64,000 nt of DNA, from IMG/VR virus record IMGVR_UViG_3300025770_000870, positions 124,001-188,000 of that record; one strand, 5' to 3'. Of the stretch, positions 54,702 to 63,187 are shown one piece after another. The translations under genes and the position numbers were made by a program. Below the pieces are notes generated by a model. That model searched no databases. It had not been told where the DNA came from and worked only from the letters and a program-made list of their open reading frames with translations. Each line of letters begins with the position of its first letter. Position 1 is the stretch's first letter.

Positions 54702-56834
54702 ATGGCTAAGGAACAAGTACAGAGACAAATGATATTCACAACCATTCTGGTTGATGATGCTACTGATAAAATAAATGATGGTGTTGTTGTTAAGAGATAC
54801 CAGAACCCTTGGCTAAAAAGTGAAGTTGGTTTAAGAAGAGCTGGTGTTACTTTTAAGATGACTACTACTGAACAACAAGAGTATATTAGATGTGCTTTGG
54901 ATGTTCACTATTTCACTGAAAAATATTGTAAGGTTAAAACAGAGGACGGTAGTGTAGGTAATATAAAACTTCGAGATTATCAAAAAGATATGATGGATAA
55001 TTTTGTTAATAATAGATTTAATATATTAATGGCATCCAGGCAGGTCGGTAAGACTATATCATCCTCTATTTTTATGTTACATACAATTTTATTTAATAAT
55101 GATAAGAATGTGATGATAGTTGCGAATAAAGGTGATACTGCGGTTGAGATTGTTGATAAGATGAAATCTATTTATACTTTATTACCTTTCTTTCTAAAGC
55201 CTGGTATAAAAACCTGGAACCAGAAATCATTAACATTTGAGAATGGGTGTAGGATAAAGACATCTGCTAGAACAAAGACACCTGCGATTGGTTTTACTAT
55301 TGATGTTTTATATCTTGATGAGTTTGCTCATATACCATCCAATATTATAGAACCATACTACACGGCTGTATTTCCAACTGTATCAGCAATTAAGAATTCT
55401 AAGATTATAATAACATCAACACCCAATGGTATGAACTTATTCCATAAATTACTTACTGATGGTGAGAGACCAGATGGTGATCCTAGAAGGAATAACTTTA
55501 AAGCTCATAGGGTTTATTGGTATCAAGTACCGGGTAGGTTTGTTACTTATGTTAGATTGAATGATCATAAATTATATGAACAGGGTATTGATAAGGAATA
55601 TATTTTAAAATTTCTTCAAGAAAACCTTGGTGATATTACTAAAGTTGATATGTCTTATAATATTGATTTACAAAAAAATATTATAAGTGTACTTAATAAT
55701 GATAAATGCTCTGATGATGATATTAGATCATTGATGATAGTAAATTCAAAGGACGAGGAGATTCCTTTATTTTCTGTTGCTGAGTTAACAACTTGGAAAG
55801 AAGAAGCTATTAAGGATATTGGTGGAGAAGATGCTTTTAACCAAGAGTACGGTTTGAGATTTATCAATGCTAGTAAATCTCTATTAAATGAGTCTATTAT
55901 AGATGATTTATTAAAGTCTAAGAAAAATTATATTCATGAGGAAATTTCAGAATTTGAAAAACTTAGATTTAGTTATAATGAATTAAGATGGGTTGATGAT
56001 GATGTTTACCTACCATTAATGAGAAAGGATTATAAAATTGTATTATCTGTGGATATCGCCGAGGGTTTAGGACAAGATTATTCAATAATAAATATATTCA
56101 GAGTTAATAATAAGACAAAGGAAGTCATAGATAACCAAAAGGCAGCATATACATCAATTGTTGATTTCTTTAAATTAGAACAAATAGGTATATATAGGAG
56201 TAATTTAGTATCTGTTAAGCAATTGGCTGAGATTTTATATCTTATTGCCTTTGAGTATTTTAATCCAGATAATGTTAAAGTTGTTTTAGAATTAAATAAT
56301 TATGGCAATACATTATTAGCTGAGCTACCACATGTTTTTGAGGGTAATAATGATTATGGTTCTTCTATTTTTGTTAGATATAAACATAGAGCTGATGCTA
56401 ACGAAGAGAAGGTTGGGTTAAAAGTTGGAGAAAATAAAAATTTATTGGTTAAGGATTATCAAGACTTAATGATATCTAAGGGATTCTCAATTAATAATGA
56501 GGAAACAATTAGAGAGATAACAACCTTTGTTAAACACACAACAACTGCTGGTAATACCAGATATGCTGCTGATGTAGGTCATGATGATTGCGTTATGACT
56601 ATTGTTAACTCAACATCTATATTTAAAAAGAGTGAATTTCGTGAAATGGTTGAGGAATGGTCGAGTAAATTTACAGATAGAGATCTTATGTCTTATATAA
56701 ATGGGTGCTTGAAAAACTTTGATTATGTTGAGGGTGTGGATTATGGACAAGTACTAAAGGTTAGAAGAAATTTCCAAAATCGTAATAAGAATACTGGATT
56801 AGATAATAACATTGGTACTTGGTTTGGTCAATAA
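54702..56834 (+). CDS. terL: Terminase large subunit (T4 gp17-like)
   Basis: IKLRDYQ, ASRQVGKT Walker A, LYLDEFAH Walker B, ITSTPNG, VDIAEGLGQDYS, HDDCVM. Confidence 0.95.
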   Translation: MAKEQVQRQMIFTTILVDDATDKINDGVVVKRYQNPWLKSEVGLRRAGVTFKMTTTEQQEYIRCALDVHYFTEKYCKVKTEDGSVGNIKLRDYQKDMMDNFVNNRFNILMASRQVGKTISSSIFMLHTILFNNDKNVMIVANKGDTAVEIVDKMKSIYTLLPFFLKPGIKTWNQKSLTFENGCRIKTSARTKTPAIGFTIDVLYLDEFAHIPSNIIEPYYTAVFPTVSAIKNSKIIITSTPNGMNLFHKLLTDGERPDGDPRRNNFKAHRVYWYQVPGRFVTYVRLNDHKLYEQGIDKEYILKFLQENLGDITKVDMSYNIDLQKNIISVLNNDKCSDDDIRSLMIVNSKDEEIPLFSVAELTTWKEEAIKDIGGEDAFNQEYGLRFINASKSLLNESIIDDLLKSKKNYIHEEISEFEKLRFSYNELRWVDDDVYLPLMRKDYKIVLSVDIAEGLGQDYSIINIFRVNNKTKEVIDNQKAAYTSIVDFFKLEQIGIYRSNLVSVKQLAEILYLIAFEYFNPDNVKVVLELNNYGNTLLAELPHVFEGNNDYGSSIFVRYKHRADANEEKVGLKVGENKNLLVKDYQDLMISKGFSINNEETIREITTFVKHTTTAGNTRYAADVGHDDCVMTIVNSTSIFKKSEFREMVEEWSSKFTDRDLMSYINGCLKNFDYVEGVDYGQVLKVRRNFQNRNKNTGLDNNIGTWFGQ

Positions 56835-56839
56835 AAATA

Positions 56840-57121
56840 CTAATTTACTTCCATAGTTACTGATAACCCAGCACTTTCCAATTTATCTTTCATTGTTGAA
56901 ATAGTTTCTAAGTCTCCGTACTTTACATCACAGATTCCTTTGAAGTGTACAAGATGAGCACATTGATTAGCTTGTTCTTGTTCATGGTCACAAACCTTCA
57001 TTAAACAAGTGATTACCCAATCAAATGAATTGTGATCATCGTTATGTAAATCAAGTCTAAATGGTTTAGAAAGTATTTCATCTACCTTAGTCTCACTTTT
57101 TTTCTTTGTAATAGTTGCCAT
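56840..57121 (-). CDS. clpS: ClpS N-degron adaptor
   Basis: LHNDDHNSFDWVITCLMKVC...AHLVHFKG.C.VKYG. Confidence 0.9.
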   Translation of the reverse strand: MATITKKKSETKVDEILSKPFRLDLHNDDHNSFDWVITCLMKVCDHEQEQANQCAHLVHFKGICDVKYGDLETISTMKDKLESAGLSVTMEVN

Positions 57122-57146
57122 TTTTATTATTTCCTTTTTGTATATA

Positions 57147-57662
57147 TTAATATGTATTTGTTATCTTATTTACTATATCAACAACTGTTACCTCACAATC
57201 TTGTTCACTAGCCCATTCTCTGAACTTTACAAGGTGTTCGTGTCTATCATCATACATGATGAAATTATCACAGTTTGTTTTTTCAATTAATTTTTCGAAA
57301 AGTTTGGTTTTGAATTTGAATGTATCTCCACCATCATTTAAGTGAATTTCATCAAATGATAAATTGTGTTTATTTAGAATTTTTTCAACATTTCCTCTCA
57401 TTCCTGGTGATTTTTCTAATCTACCAGTTGCCATTATTATGTAGTTATCCTCATCTGATACTGCTTCAAGATATCTTTGATATACCCATTCATTTTTATC
57501 AACTTCGAAAACATCATTATCCAAAGATTCCGATTTACCCCACCATCCAACATATGGCCATGTCATCTCGGTCTTTTTCAACCAAATATCTTTACCTTCA
57601 GTCGGCATTGGTGAGTGTACTAATGTACCATCAAAATCGAAACAGTATAATGTTTTTGTCAT
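57147..57662 (-). CDS. HAD phosphatase, Swiss-Army-knife RNA-repair-like
   Basis: FDFDGTLVHSP, WWGKSESL, MATGR, MYDDRHEH. Confidence 0.8.
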   Translation of the reverse strand: MTKTLYCFDFDGTLVHSPMPTEGKDIWLKKTEMTWPYVGWWGKSESLDNDVFEVDKNEWVYQRYLEAVSDEDNYIIMATGRLEKSPGMRGNVEKILNKHNLSFDEIHLNDGGDTFKFKTKLFEKLIEKTNCDNFIMYDDRHEHLVKFREWASEQDCEVTVVDIVNKITNTY

Positions 57663-57701
57663 GTTGTTATATATTTATTTTGTCATGTTGTTATATATTT
57701 A
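57654..57701. repeat. Perfect 24-nt tandem duplication covering the start codon and upstream motif
   Basis: ttttgtcatgttgttatatattta x2 (57654-57677 and 57678-57701). Confidence 0.9.
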
Positions 57702-57704
57702 ATA

Positions 57705-57736
57705 CAAATATAAGTAAAATCCTTGAATTTTTCAAA
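57705..57736 (-). promoter_or_regulatory. Bacteroidota-type housekeeping promoter
   Basis: TTTG-N20-TATATTTG matches the -33/-7 consensus TTTG-N19-21-TAnnTTTG. Confidence 0.65.
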
Positions 57737-57790
57737 TAATACAAGGAGATAATTTGTTAATTTATATATACACCAAAATAAAAAAGTTTT

Positions 57791-58204
57791 ATGAAGTTAG
57801 ATATTAAGTCAATTCTCATATTAATACTTCTAGGGTTTACACTTATATTTGGGTATAAGTGGTACTTTAGTACTGATGGTGAGATTGGTGAAAAATTAGA
57901 CCAATTACAGGAAAGGTATGATGAGATTGAATTAAAGAAACAAGAATCTAATAAAAGGTTAGAAGATAATTCCTTTATTATAGATTCTTTGATGTTAGTT
58001 GATAGTCTAAATGGTGAAAAAATTGCATTACTAGAATTTAATATTAGAGAAGCTGAGGATAAAGCTACCGAAAGCGCTGATAACCTTAGTAGGATAAAAA
58101 GAGAATTAGCGGATACTAGAAAGAAGATAGAAGAATTAAAGAAAAATCCACCAAATAGAACAGGAGACGATTTACTTAATTCTATAAAAAATAAAACGAA
58201 ATAA
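57791..58204 (+). CDS. N-terminal TM plus coiled-coil protein (i-spanin-like)
   Basis: Hydrophobic ILILILLGFTLIFGY followed by a long heptad-rich region. Confidence 0.5.
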   Translation: MKLDIKSILILILLGFTLIFGYKWYFSTDGEIGEKLDQLQERYDEIELKKQESNKRLEDNSFIIDSLMLVDSLNGEKIALLEFNIREAEDKATESADNLSRIKRELADTRKKIEELKKNPPNRTGDDLLNSIKNKTK

Positions 58205-58704
58205 TGAAAAGTTTATTAACATTGTTGGTTGGGTTATTAATTTCTATTAATGTACTTTCACAAGAAATAGAATATCCTAGATATGAATTAGATTCTTTGG
58301 GTCAAAGTGTTGTTGTTATGACAATAGAACAAGCTCAAAAGCTTGATAATAATTCTGATTTATTACAACTATTTGAGCAGTTAAATGTCCAGATTGGTAG
58401 TTATGATTCGGTTTGTGTTAAGGCGGTTAATGATAAGAATATTTTGATATCAGAACAAAAAGTTTTAATAGAACAATTAAACACTAGTATTGATACTAAG
58501 GACACCACAATCGAAACTTTACAAAAACAAGTAACTGAGTATCAGTTAAGGGAGGTTATGTTTAATGATCAATTGATAAATCTAAAGGATCAGATAGATT
58601 TGAAAGATAAACAGATACGTGAGATGAAAACTAAGATGATAATAGGAGGAGGTCTCGGAGGTCTCGCTATTGTTGGTTTAATAATATCTATATTATTACC
58701 ATAA
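58204..58704 (+). CDS. Signal peptide, coiled-coil and C-terminal TM protein (spanin partner candidate)
   Basis: 1-nt overlap with the upstream gene; C-terminal MIIGGGLGGLAIVGLIISILL; no lipobox Cys. Confidence 0.45.
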   Translation: MKSLLTLLVGLLISINVLSQEIEYPRYELDSLGQSVVVMTIEQAQKLDNNSDLLQLFEQLNVQIGSYDSVCVKAVNDKNILISEQKVLIEQLNTSIDTKDTTIETLQKQVTEYQLREVMFNDQLINLKDQIDLKDKQIREMKTKMIIGGGLGGLAIVGLIISILLP

Positions 58705-58766
58705 TTAAGTTGTAAAAAACGGCTTTTAATACTTAATATATAACTTATAAAAAAATTCTATTAAAT

Positions 58767-59360
58767 ATGAAGCATATTAGAACGTATGAAAAATATCGTA
58801 TTGTAAAGAACAGATCTGAAATTATCAAAGAAGCTGTTCTACAAGTTAATGATATTTATAAAGTAAAGACAATGATTGATATTCCTCAATCTTTGATTAA
58901 CTCTTATGTTAAGAAAGTTAAAGAAACTACTGGTAAGAACCTAAGACAATTTTTTGGTGATGTTGACATCGCTGAGGAAATTGTTAAATATATTAATATG
59001 AACAATCTTGATATAGAGAAGATTCCAGGTGGAGCTTTGATGGGTGGTCAAGAAGAAACACAAGTTCAGCAAGCTCAACCAGAAGCACAACCACAAGCTC
59101 AAATGCAACCTCAGGTTCAACCAGAAGCACAACAAACACAACCACAAGGTGAGTTTGAAGAGCCACAAGCAGATGCTCAAGTACAGGCTCAAGATGGTCA
59201 AGTACAAGTTCAAGCAGATGGTCAAACACAAGTACAAGATGGTCAAGTACAGGCTCAAGATGGTCAAGTACAGGCTCAAGATGGTCAAACACAAGGTCAA
59301 GTACAAGGTCAAGCACAAGACGAAGATGAAGAAGAGGACGAAGAAGAACTTCCACTTTAA
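58767..59360 (+). CDS. Protein with CTS-like N-terminus and Gln-rich repeat tail
   Basis: MKHIRTYE; QAQDGQV repeats; TTAATATATA at 58733-58742. Confidence 0.75.
   Translation: MKHIRTYEKYRIVKNRSEIIKEAVLQVNDIYKVKTMIDIPQSLINSYVKKVKETTGKNLRQFFGDVDIAEEIVKYINMNNLDIEKIPGGALMGGQEETQVQQAQPEAQPQAQMQPQVQPEAQQTQPQGEFEEPQADAQVQAQDGQVQVQADGQTQVQDGQVQAQDGQVQAQDGQTQGQVQGQAQDEDEEEDEEELPL
59175..59320 (+). repeat. 21-nt coding repeats (QVQAQDG)
   Basis: caagtacaggctcaagatggt and degenerate copies. Confidence 0.8.
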
Positions 59361-59383
59361 TTTATAGAAAATATTAAAAAATG

Positions 59384-59415
59384 AAACCCATCAAATAAAC
59401 TTTGATGGGTTTTTT
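59384..59415 (+). terminator. Intrinsic terminator
   Basis: AAACCCATCAAA-taaac-TTTGATGGGTTTTTT. Confidence 0.85.
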
Positions 59416-59433
59416 ATTTAATATATACTTACA

Positions 59434-60048
59434 ATGAGATACCTAAAGGCATATGAGAATTATAATACTGATACAACACTTATAATTGTTGATGTTCAAA
59501 AATCATTTAAGAAATTCTTTTCTGAGATGTACATAAATAAATTAAAAAAGTATTGTAATGAATTTGTCAATGTTTATCAAATCTGGGATAACCATACAGA
59601 TGGTAAAATTGTTGATAAAGACTACTTATATGATAAAAATCCTGAAATTCCAATACATGATGATTTATACCATTTTCCTAACCAAAGTGAGTTAATCGAA
59701 AAGAGATATAATTATGATGTAGATGCTGATTTTTATAAAAAAATTCTAGATAAGGAAGTTTATAAAGAGATTAGTGATAAAGAGGATAATAAACAATTAA
59801 AAAAAGGTGACTTTTTCCGAACAAAAGAGGGAACTATTATAGTTTATATTGGTAATAATCATAAATGGTTCCAAGTTCCTATTAAATTATATAAACATCT
59901 TGTTGAATTAAGGGGTAAGAGTGTTATTATTGTTGGTGGTTCTGATTCTGAATGTTTGGAGGATATTATTACATCTGCTGAAAGTCTTGGTGTTAATATT
60001 AAAAGAGATTATAAGTATATCTACTCAGCAAATCATTGTCCTATCTAA
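59434..60048 (+). CDS. Isochorismatase/nicotinamidase-fold cysteine hydrolase with CTS-like N-terminus
   Basis: LIIVDVQKSF, IWDNH, IEKRY, VGGSDSECL (Asp/Lys/Cys-like triad); N-terminus MRYLKAYE; TTAATATATA at 59418-59427. Confidence 0.6.
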   Translation: MRYLKAYENYNTDTTLIIVDVQKSFKKFFSEMYINKLKKYCNEFVNVYQIWDNHTDGKIVDKDYLYDKNPEIPIHDDLYHFPNQSELIEKRYNYDVDADFYKKILDKEVYKEISDKEDNKQLKKGDFFRTKEGTIIVYIGNNHKWFQVPIKLYKHLVELRGKSVIIVGGSDSECLEDIITSAESLGVNIKRDYKYIYSANHCPI

Positions 60049-60422
60049 ATTACTGAAGCATAAACCTCATAGTCTTTGAGATTGAATGTTATAACCATAT
60101 ACTCTTGGTGTCTATCTGGATCTTCGAAAAACTCAACTGTTAGCCCATAGTCTATACCATCTATTTCCTCTATATAATCTGATATTTGTGCTCTAATATC
60201 TCCTTCGATAGCTTCTGCTGATAATCTTGTTTCATATAATAGAGCTGGTAAATCTGCTCCGAAGTTTGGATCACCTAATAAATCACCTTTATTAGTGAAA
60301 ATGACCATTTCGTATTTTTGTACGATCACCCTAATCACATCATCCTCAATCATTTCTTTATCGGTGAATCTTGGGTGACCAGGGTAACCTATGTAGAAGT
60401 CTATAAAATTAATATCTGCCAT
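60045..60422 (-). CDS. Baseplate wedge protein (gp25-like)
   Basis: IFTNKGDLLGDPNFGADLPALLYE. Confidence 0.8.
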   Translation of the reverse strand: MADINFIDFYIGYPGHPRFTDKEMIEDDVIRVIVQKYEMVIFTNKGDLLGDPNFGADLPALLYETRLSAEAIEGDIRAQISDYIEEIDGIDYGLTVEFFEDPDRHQEYMVITFNLKDYEVYASVI

Positions 60423-60427
60423 GTGTT

Positions 60428-60449
60428 TATATATTAATTTTTATATATA
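60428..60449. promoter_or_regulatory. Back-to-back late-promoter-like motifs
   Basis: TTAATATATA on minus (60428-60437) and TTTATATATA on plus (60440-60449) serve divergent genes in a 32-nt gap. Confidence 0.55.
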
Positions 60450-60454
60450 CTCAT

Positions 60455-61024
60455 ATGAAATATCTGAAATTTTTTGAATCTTATAGAGGAACTGTATCTG
60501 TTAATAGAGATATTTTTATAAAGGTTTTATCTGATTATAGTAGTATATATGATGATGGTTTGGTTACACAATTAGAGGAATTGGGATTTGAGAGTAGTGA
60601 TGTAATTGCTGATATGATAGAAGATTCATTGAATAATGGTGATCGTATAAGTTTAGAGGCTATAACACTTTTAGTTGATGAGATATCAAGAGGTAATTCT
60701 GAGAGGAGCGCAAGTAAGTTACAGGATATTTATAATGAATGTGAATATCATTTAAATAATAGTACTGTTGATGTTATTGATAACTTGAAAGATATATTCT
60801 CTGAATATGTTGATGATAATAAAGCAATGATATATAAAACTGGTGATAAATCTGACAACCGATGTGTCGTTTTACTAAAACAGGTTGATGTTTTGTTAAA
60901 TATCGATTTCGATGAAGTATTAAATAGGGTTAAAGAATTTGTAAACTTAAAACATATGGAATATGTTGGTAGTAAAGACCGAATTAAATTTGAGTTTTAT
61001 GAAAGATATCCTGATGAAGATTAG
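60455..61024 (+). CDS. Hypothetical protein with CTS-like N-terminus
   Basis: MKYLKFFES. Confidence 0.72.
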   Translation: MKYLKFFESYRGTVSVNRDIFIKVLSDYSSIYDDGLVTQLEELGFESSDVIADMIEDSLNNGDRISLEAITLLVDEISRGNSERSASKLQDIYNECEYHLNNSTVDVIDNLKDIFSEYVDDNKAMIYKTGDKSDNRCVVLLKQVDVLLNIDFDEVLNRVKEFVNLKHMEYVGSKDRIKFEFYERYPDED

Positions 61025-61980
61025 TTCAATATATCTCTTAACTTACCAATTATAGTCATCCCTAAAACAATAGGATCTGTGTTAGTCTCTAATTTTGACG
61101 AATAATCTGATATTATATAATTACACTCGAATAACTTATCAACATTTTTACCTTGTTCCATAGACCATTTTATAAATGGTGTTCCTAATACTTTAATCAT
61201 ACCATCTATTTTCTCAGGACCGAACATATTCATTAAGAAATGATAGATTTTTTCGTAATCCATTGATGTGTCATATATAGTCTTGTATAAATCTAACCTA
61301 ACCTTATTAGAAACATTAGATGATGATGTCGATTCTCCAGTTTTTATGTGTGTTTCAAGATCAACCATTATTTCTCTGAAATCTGGGAACTTCTTATTGA
61401 TAATAGTAACTAAACTTTCCTTTGATATTTCTTCTTCTTCTGTTGGTAATACAGTATTATTAATTCTCTTGTATATTGCTTGTTTTAGAAACTTTTCTTC
61501 TTCTAAATTCTCACAATCGAAGTTTAATCTAGGTATTCTGGATTTAATACCACCATCTATCTTATTTAAGTGATTGGTTGTTATTATAAACCTAACATTT
61601 TTACTATACTTTTCTATAAATGCTTTAAACCCATCTTGAAACTGAGCGGATGTTCTTTCAAACTCATCAAAAAATATATATTTATAATCTGATTCTGTTT
61701 CCATCATAGGTGAAAACTTACAAAAATCATCAATTTCATTTCTAAGTAAATCAATTGATGTCTCGATAGAACTATTTATTTCTAGGAATGGTTTATCCTT
61801 GGTGTATTTACCAATGAGTATTCTAGCTAAGCTGGTTTTGCCAGTTCCATAATTTCCATGAAAAATATAATTTCCATCAATTCCGTTTTCAAAATGCTTT
61901 CTGATTCTAGGTAATAGAATCACATCATCCATAGTCTTTGGACGCCATCTTTCCCATAATAATAATTTTTTTACGCTCAT
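61021..61980 (-). CDS. Clamp loader small subunit (T4 gp44/RFC-like)
   Basis: WERWRPKTMDDVIL, Walker A GNYGTGKT, FFDEFE, FIITTN, IKSR. Confidence 0.92.
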   Translation of the reverse strand: MSVKKLLLWERWRPKTMDDVILLPRIRKHFENGIDGNYIFHGNYGTGKTSLARILIGKYTKDKPFLEINSSIETSIDLLRNEIDDFCKFSPMMETESDYKYIFFDEFERTSAQFQDGFKAFIEKYSKNVRFIITTNHLNKIDGGIKSRIPRLNFDCENLEEEKFLKQAIYKRINNTVLPTEEEEISKESLVTIINKKFPDFREIMVDLETHIKTGESTSSSNVSNKVRLDLYKTIYDTSMDYEKIYHFLMNMFGPEKIDGMIKVLGTPFIKWSMEQGKNVDKLFECNYIISDYSSKLETNTDPIVLGMTIIGKLRDILN

Positions 61981-62042
61981 AACATGTATATTGATATTTT
62001 GTGATAAGTTTTGGAGAAGATTTAGTTTTTATATATACATCT

Positions 62043-63086
62043 ATGATAGGTGAAAGATTTAATATGGAGGATGTTTTCTTCCGAGATTTAACAGTTTGTG
62101 TTCTTGATACCTTAGAAGGTCAAGTTAATTGGGTTAATAGATTTTCTTCTGGGGATGTTTATGTAAAAGTACCTTTTTATTACTCATTGACGGGTGATGA
62201 GAGGTTTTTATTGGATACATTTCAGGATGATGTGGTTTCTGAAAATAGATTTGTTGAATTAAACACCGATATTATACCAAGGGGTCACATAACAATGACT
62301 GGATTTAATATTAATTCTGATGAATTCTCCAATCCTAATGTTTGGTTGAGAATGGTTGTCGAGAATGAGGTTGAGATAAGAAAGATTTTAGCTAAAGTTA
62401 GAGCAGTTCCTATTACTGTTAGTTATGATTTGGAAATATTACTTTCTAGTGAAGTAGATACGTTCAAGTGTAGTCAGGCAATAATGGATACTTTATGGTT
62501 ATATAAATTTATGTATTTTGAGCATAACTTTATGAATATAGATGCTGTTATATTAATGCCAGATGGTAATTCAATAGAAATGGCACGTGAAAAAAATATG
62601 TCTTCTGATAATAATATTAAGATGAAGGTCTCATTTGAGGTACAAACATATTATCCAGCTTTTAGAAAAGATAGATATAATGGTGTGGGTTATCCTAGGA
62701 ATTATGGTGATGGTATGACTGATTTAAATGGTCATACAATAGTAGATGGGTTTTCGGAGGGATTTGGTACTGATAACCCATCGAATTCTCCTGGACCGTT
62801 CGCGCCCGGAGGTGGTACTAATAACGTACCGAATTCTCCTTATGATTATATTGGTGGTCTAGATCCTAATATTAATACTGGTACTACACCATATGGTGCT
62901 ACTGGTAATTATACATACATTCAAAATCCTAATGGTTCCGGTGATCCTGATTATTATATCACACCTAAAAGAACTAGATGGTTTAATAATATACTAAGAG
63001 CTAGACAAAAATCTAGTATACCAATAAATAACCCAAATTCACAAGATCCTAATAATGGATCATCAGGAAATCCTTACACTCCGTAA
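62043..63086 (+). CDS. Tail terminator or sheath stabiliser (T4 gp15-like) with a Gly/Pro/Asn-rich tail
   Basis: VKVPFYY...IIPRG...RAVPITVSYDLEIL; likely ATG at 62043 after TTTATATATA; the ORF track starts at 62001. Confidence 0.7.
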   Translation: MIGERFNMEDVFFRDLTVCVLDTLEGQVNWVNRFSSGDVYVKVPFYYSLTGDERFLLDTFQDDVVSENRFVELNTDIIPRGHITMTGFNINSDEFSNPNVWLRMVVENEVEIRKILAKVRAVPITVSYDLEILLSSEVDTFKCSQAIMDTLWLYKFMYFEHNFMNIDAVILMPDGNSIEMAREKNMSSDNNIKMKVSFEVQTYYPAFRKDRYNGVGYPRNYGDGMTDLNGHTIVDGFSEGFGTDNPSNSPGPFAPGGGTNNVPNSPYDYIGGLDPNINTGTTPYGATGNYTYIQNPNGSGDPDYYITPKRTRWFNNILRARQKSSIPINNPNSQDPNNGSSGNPYTP

Positions 63087-63187
63087 ATATTTTACGATCT
63101 GTTAAAGGAATATATAAAAATGGTAAAAAATGACTTTTTACTATTAATATATAATAATAAGTAGAAAAAAAAATAATATTTTAAAGT

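Noticed and set aside
58941-59367. Three extra ORFs over the Gln-rich gene, and similar ones at 7796-8117
   Set aside because: They are shadow frames produced by low-complexity coding repeats that lack stop codons.
7007-59415. Repeated AAACCCACTCA/AAACCCATCA inverted repeats as a MITE or REP family
   Set aside because: All sit at gene ends with flanking A and T tracts, so intrinsic terminators explain them fully.
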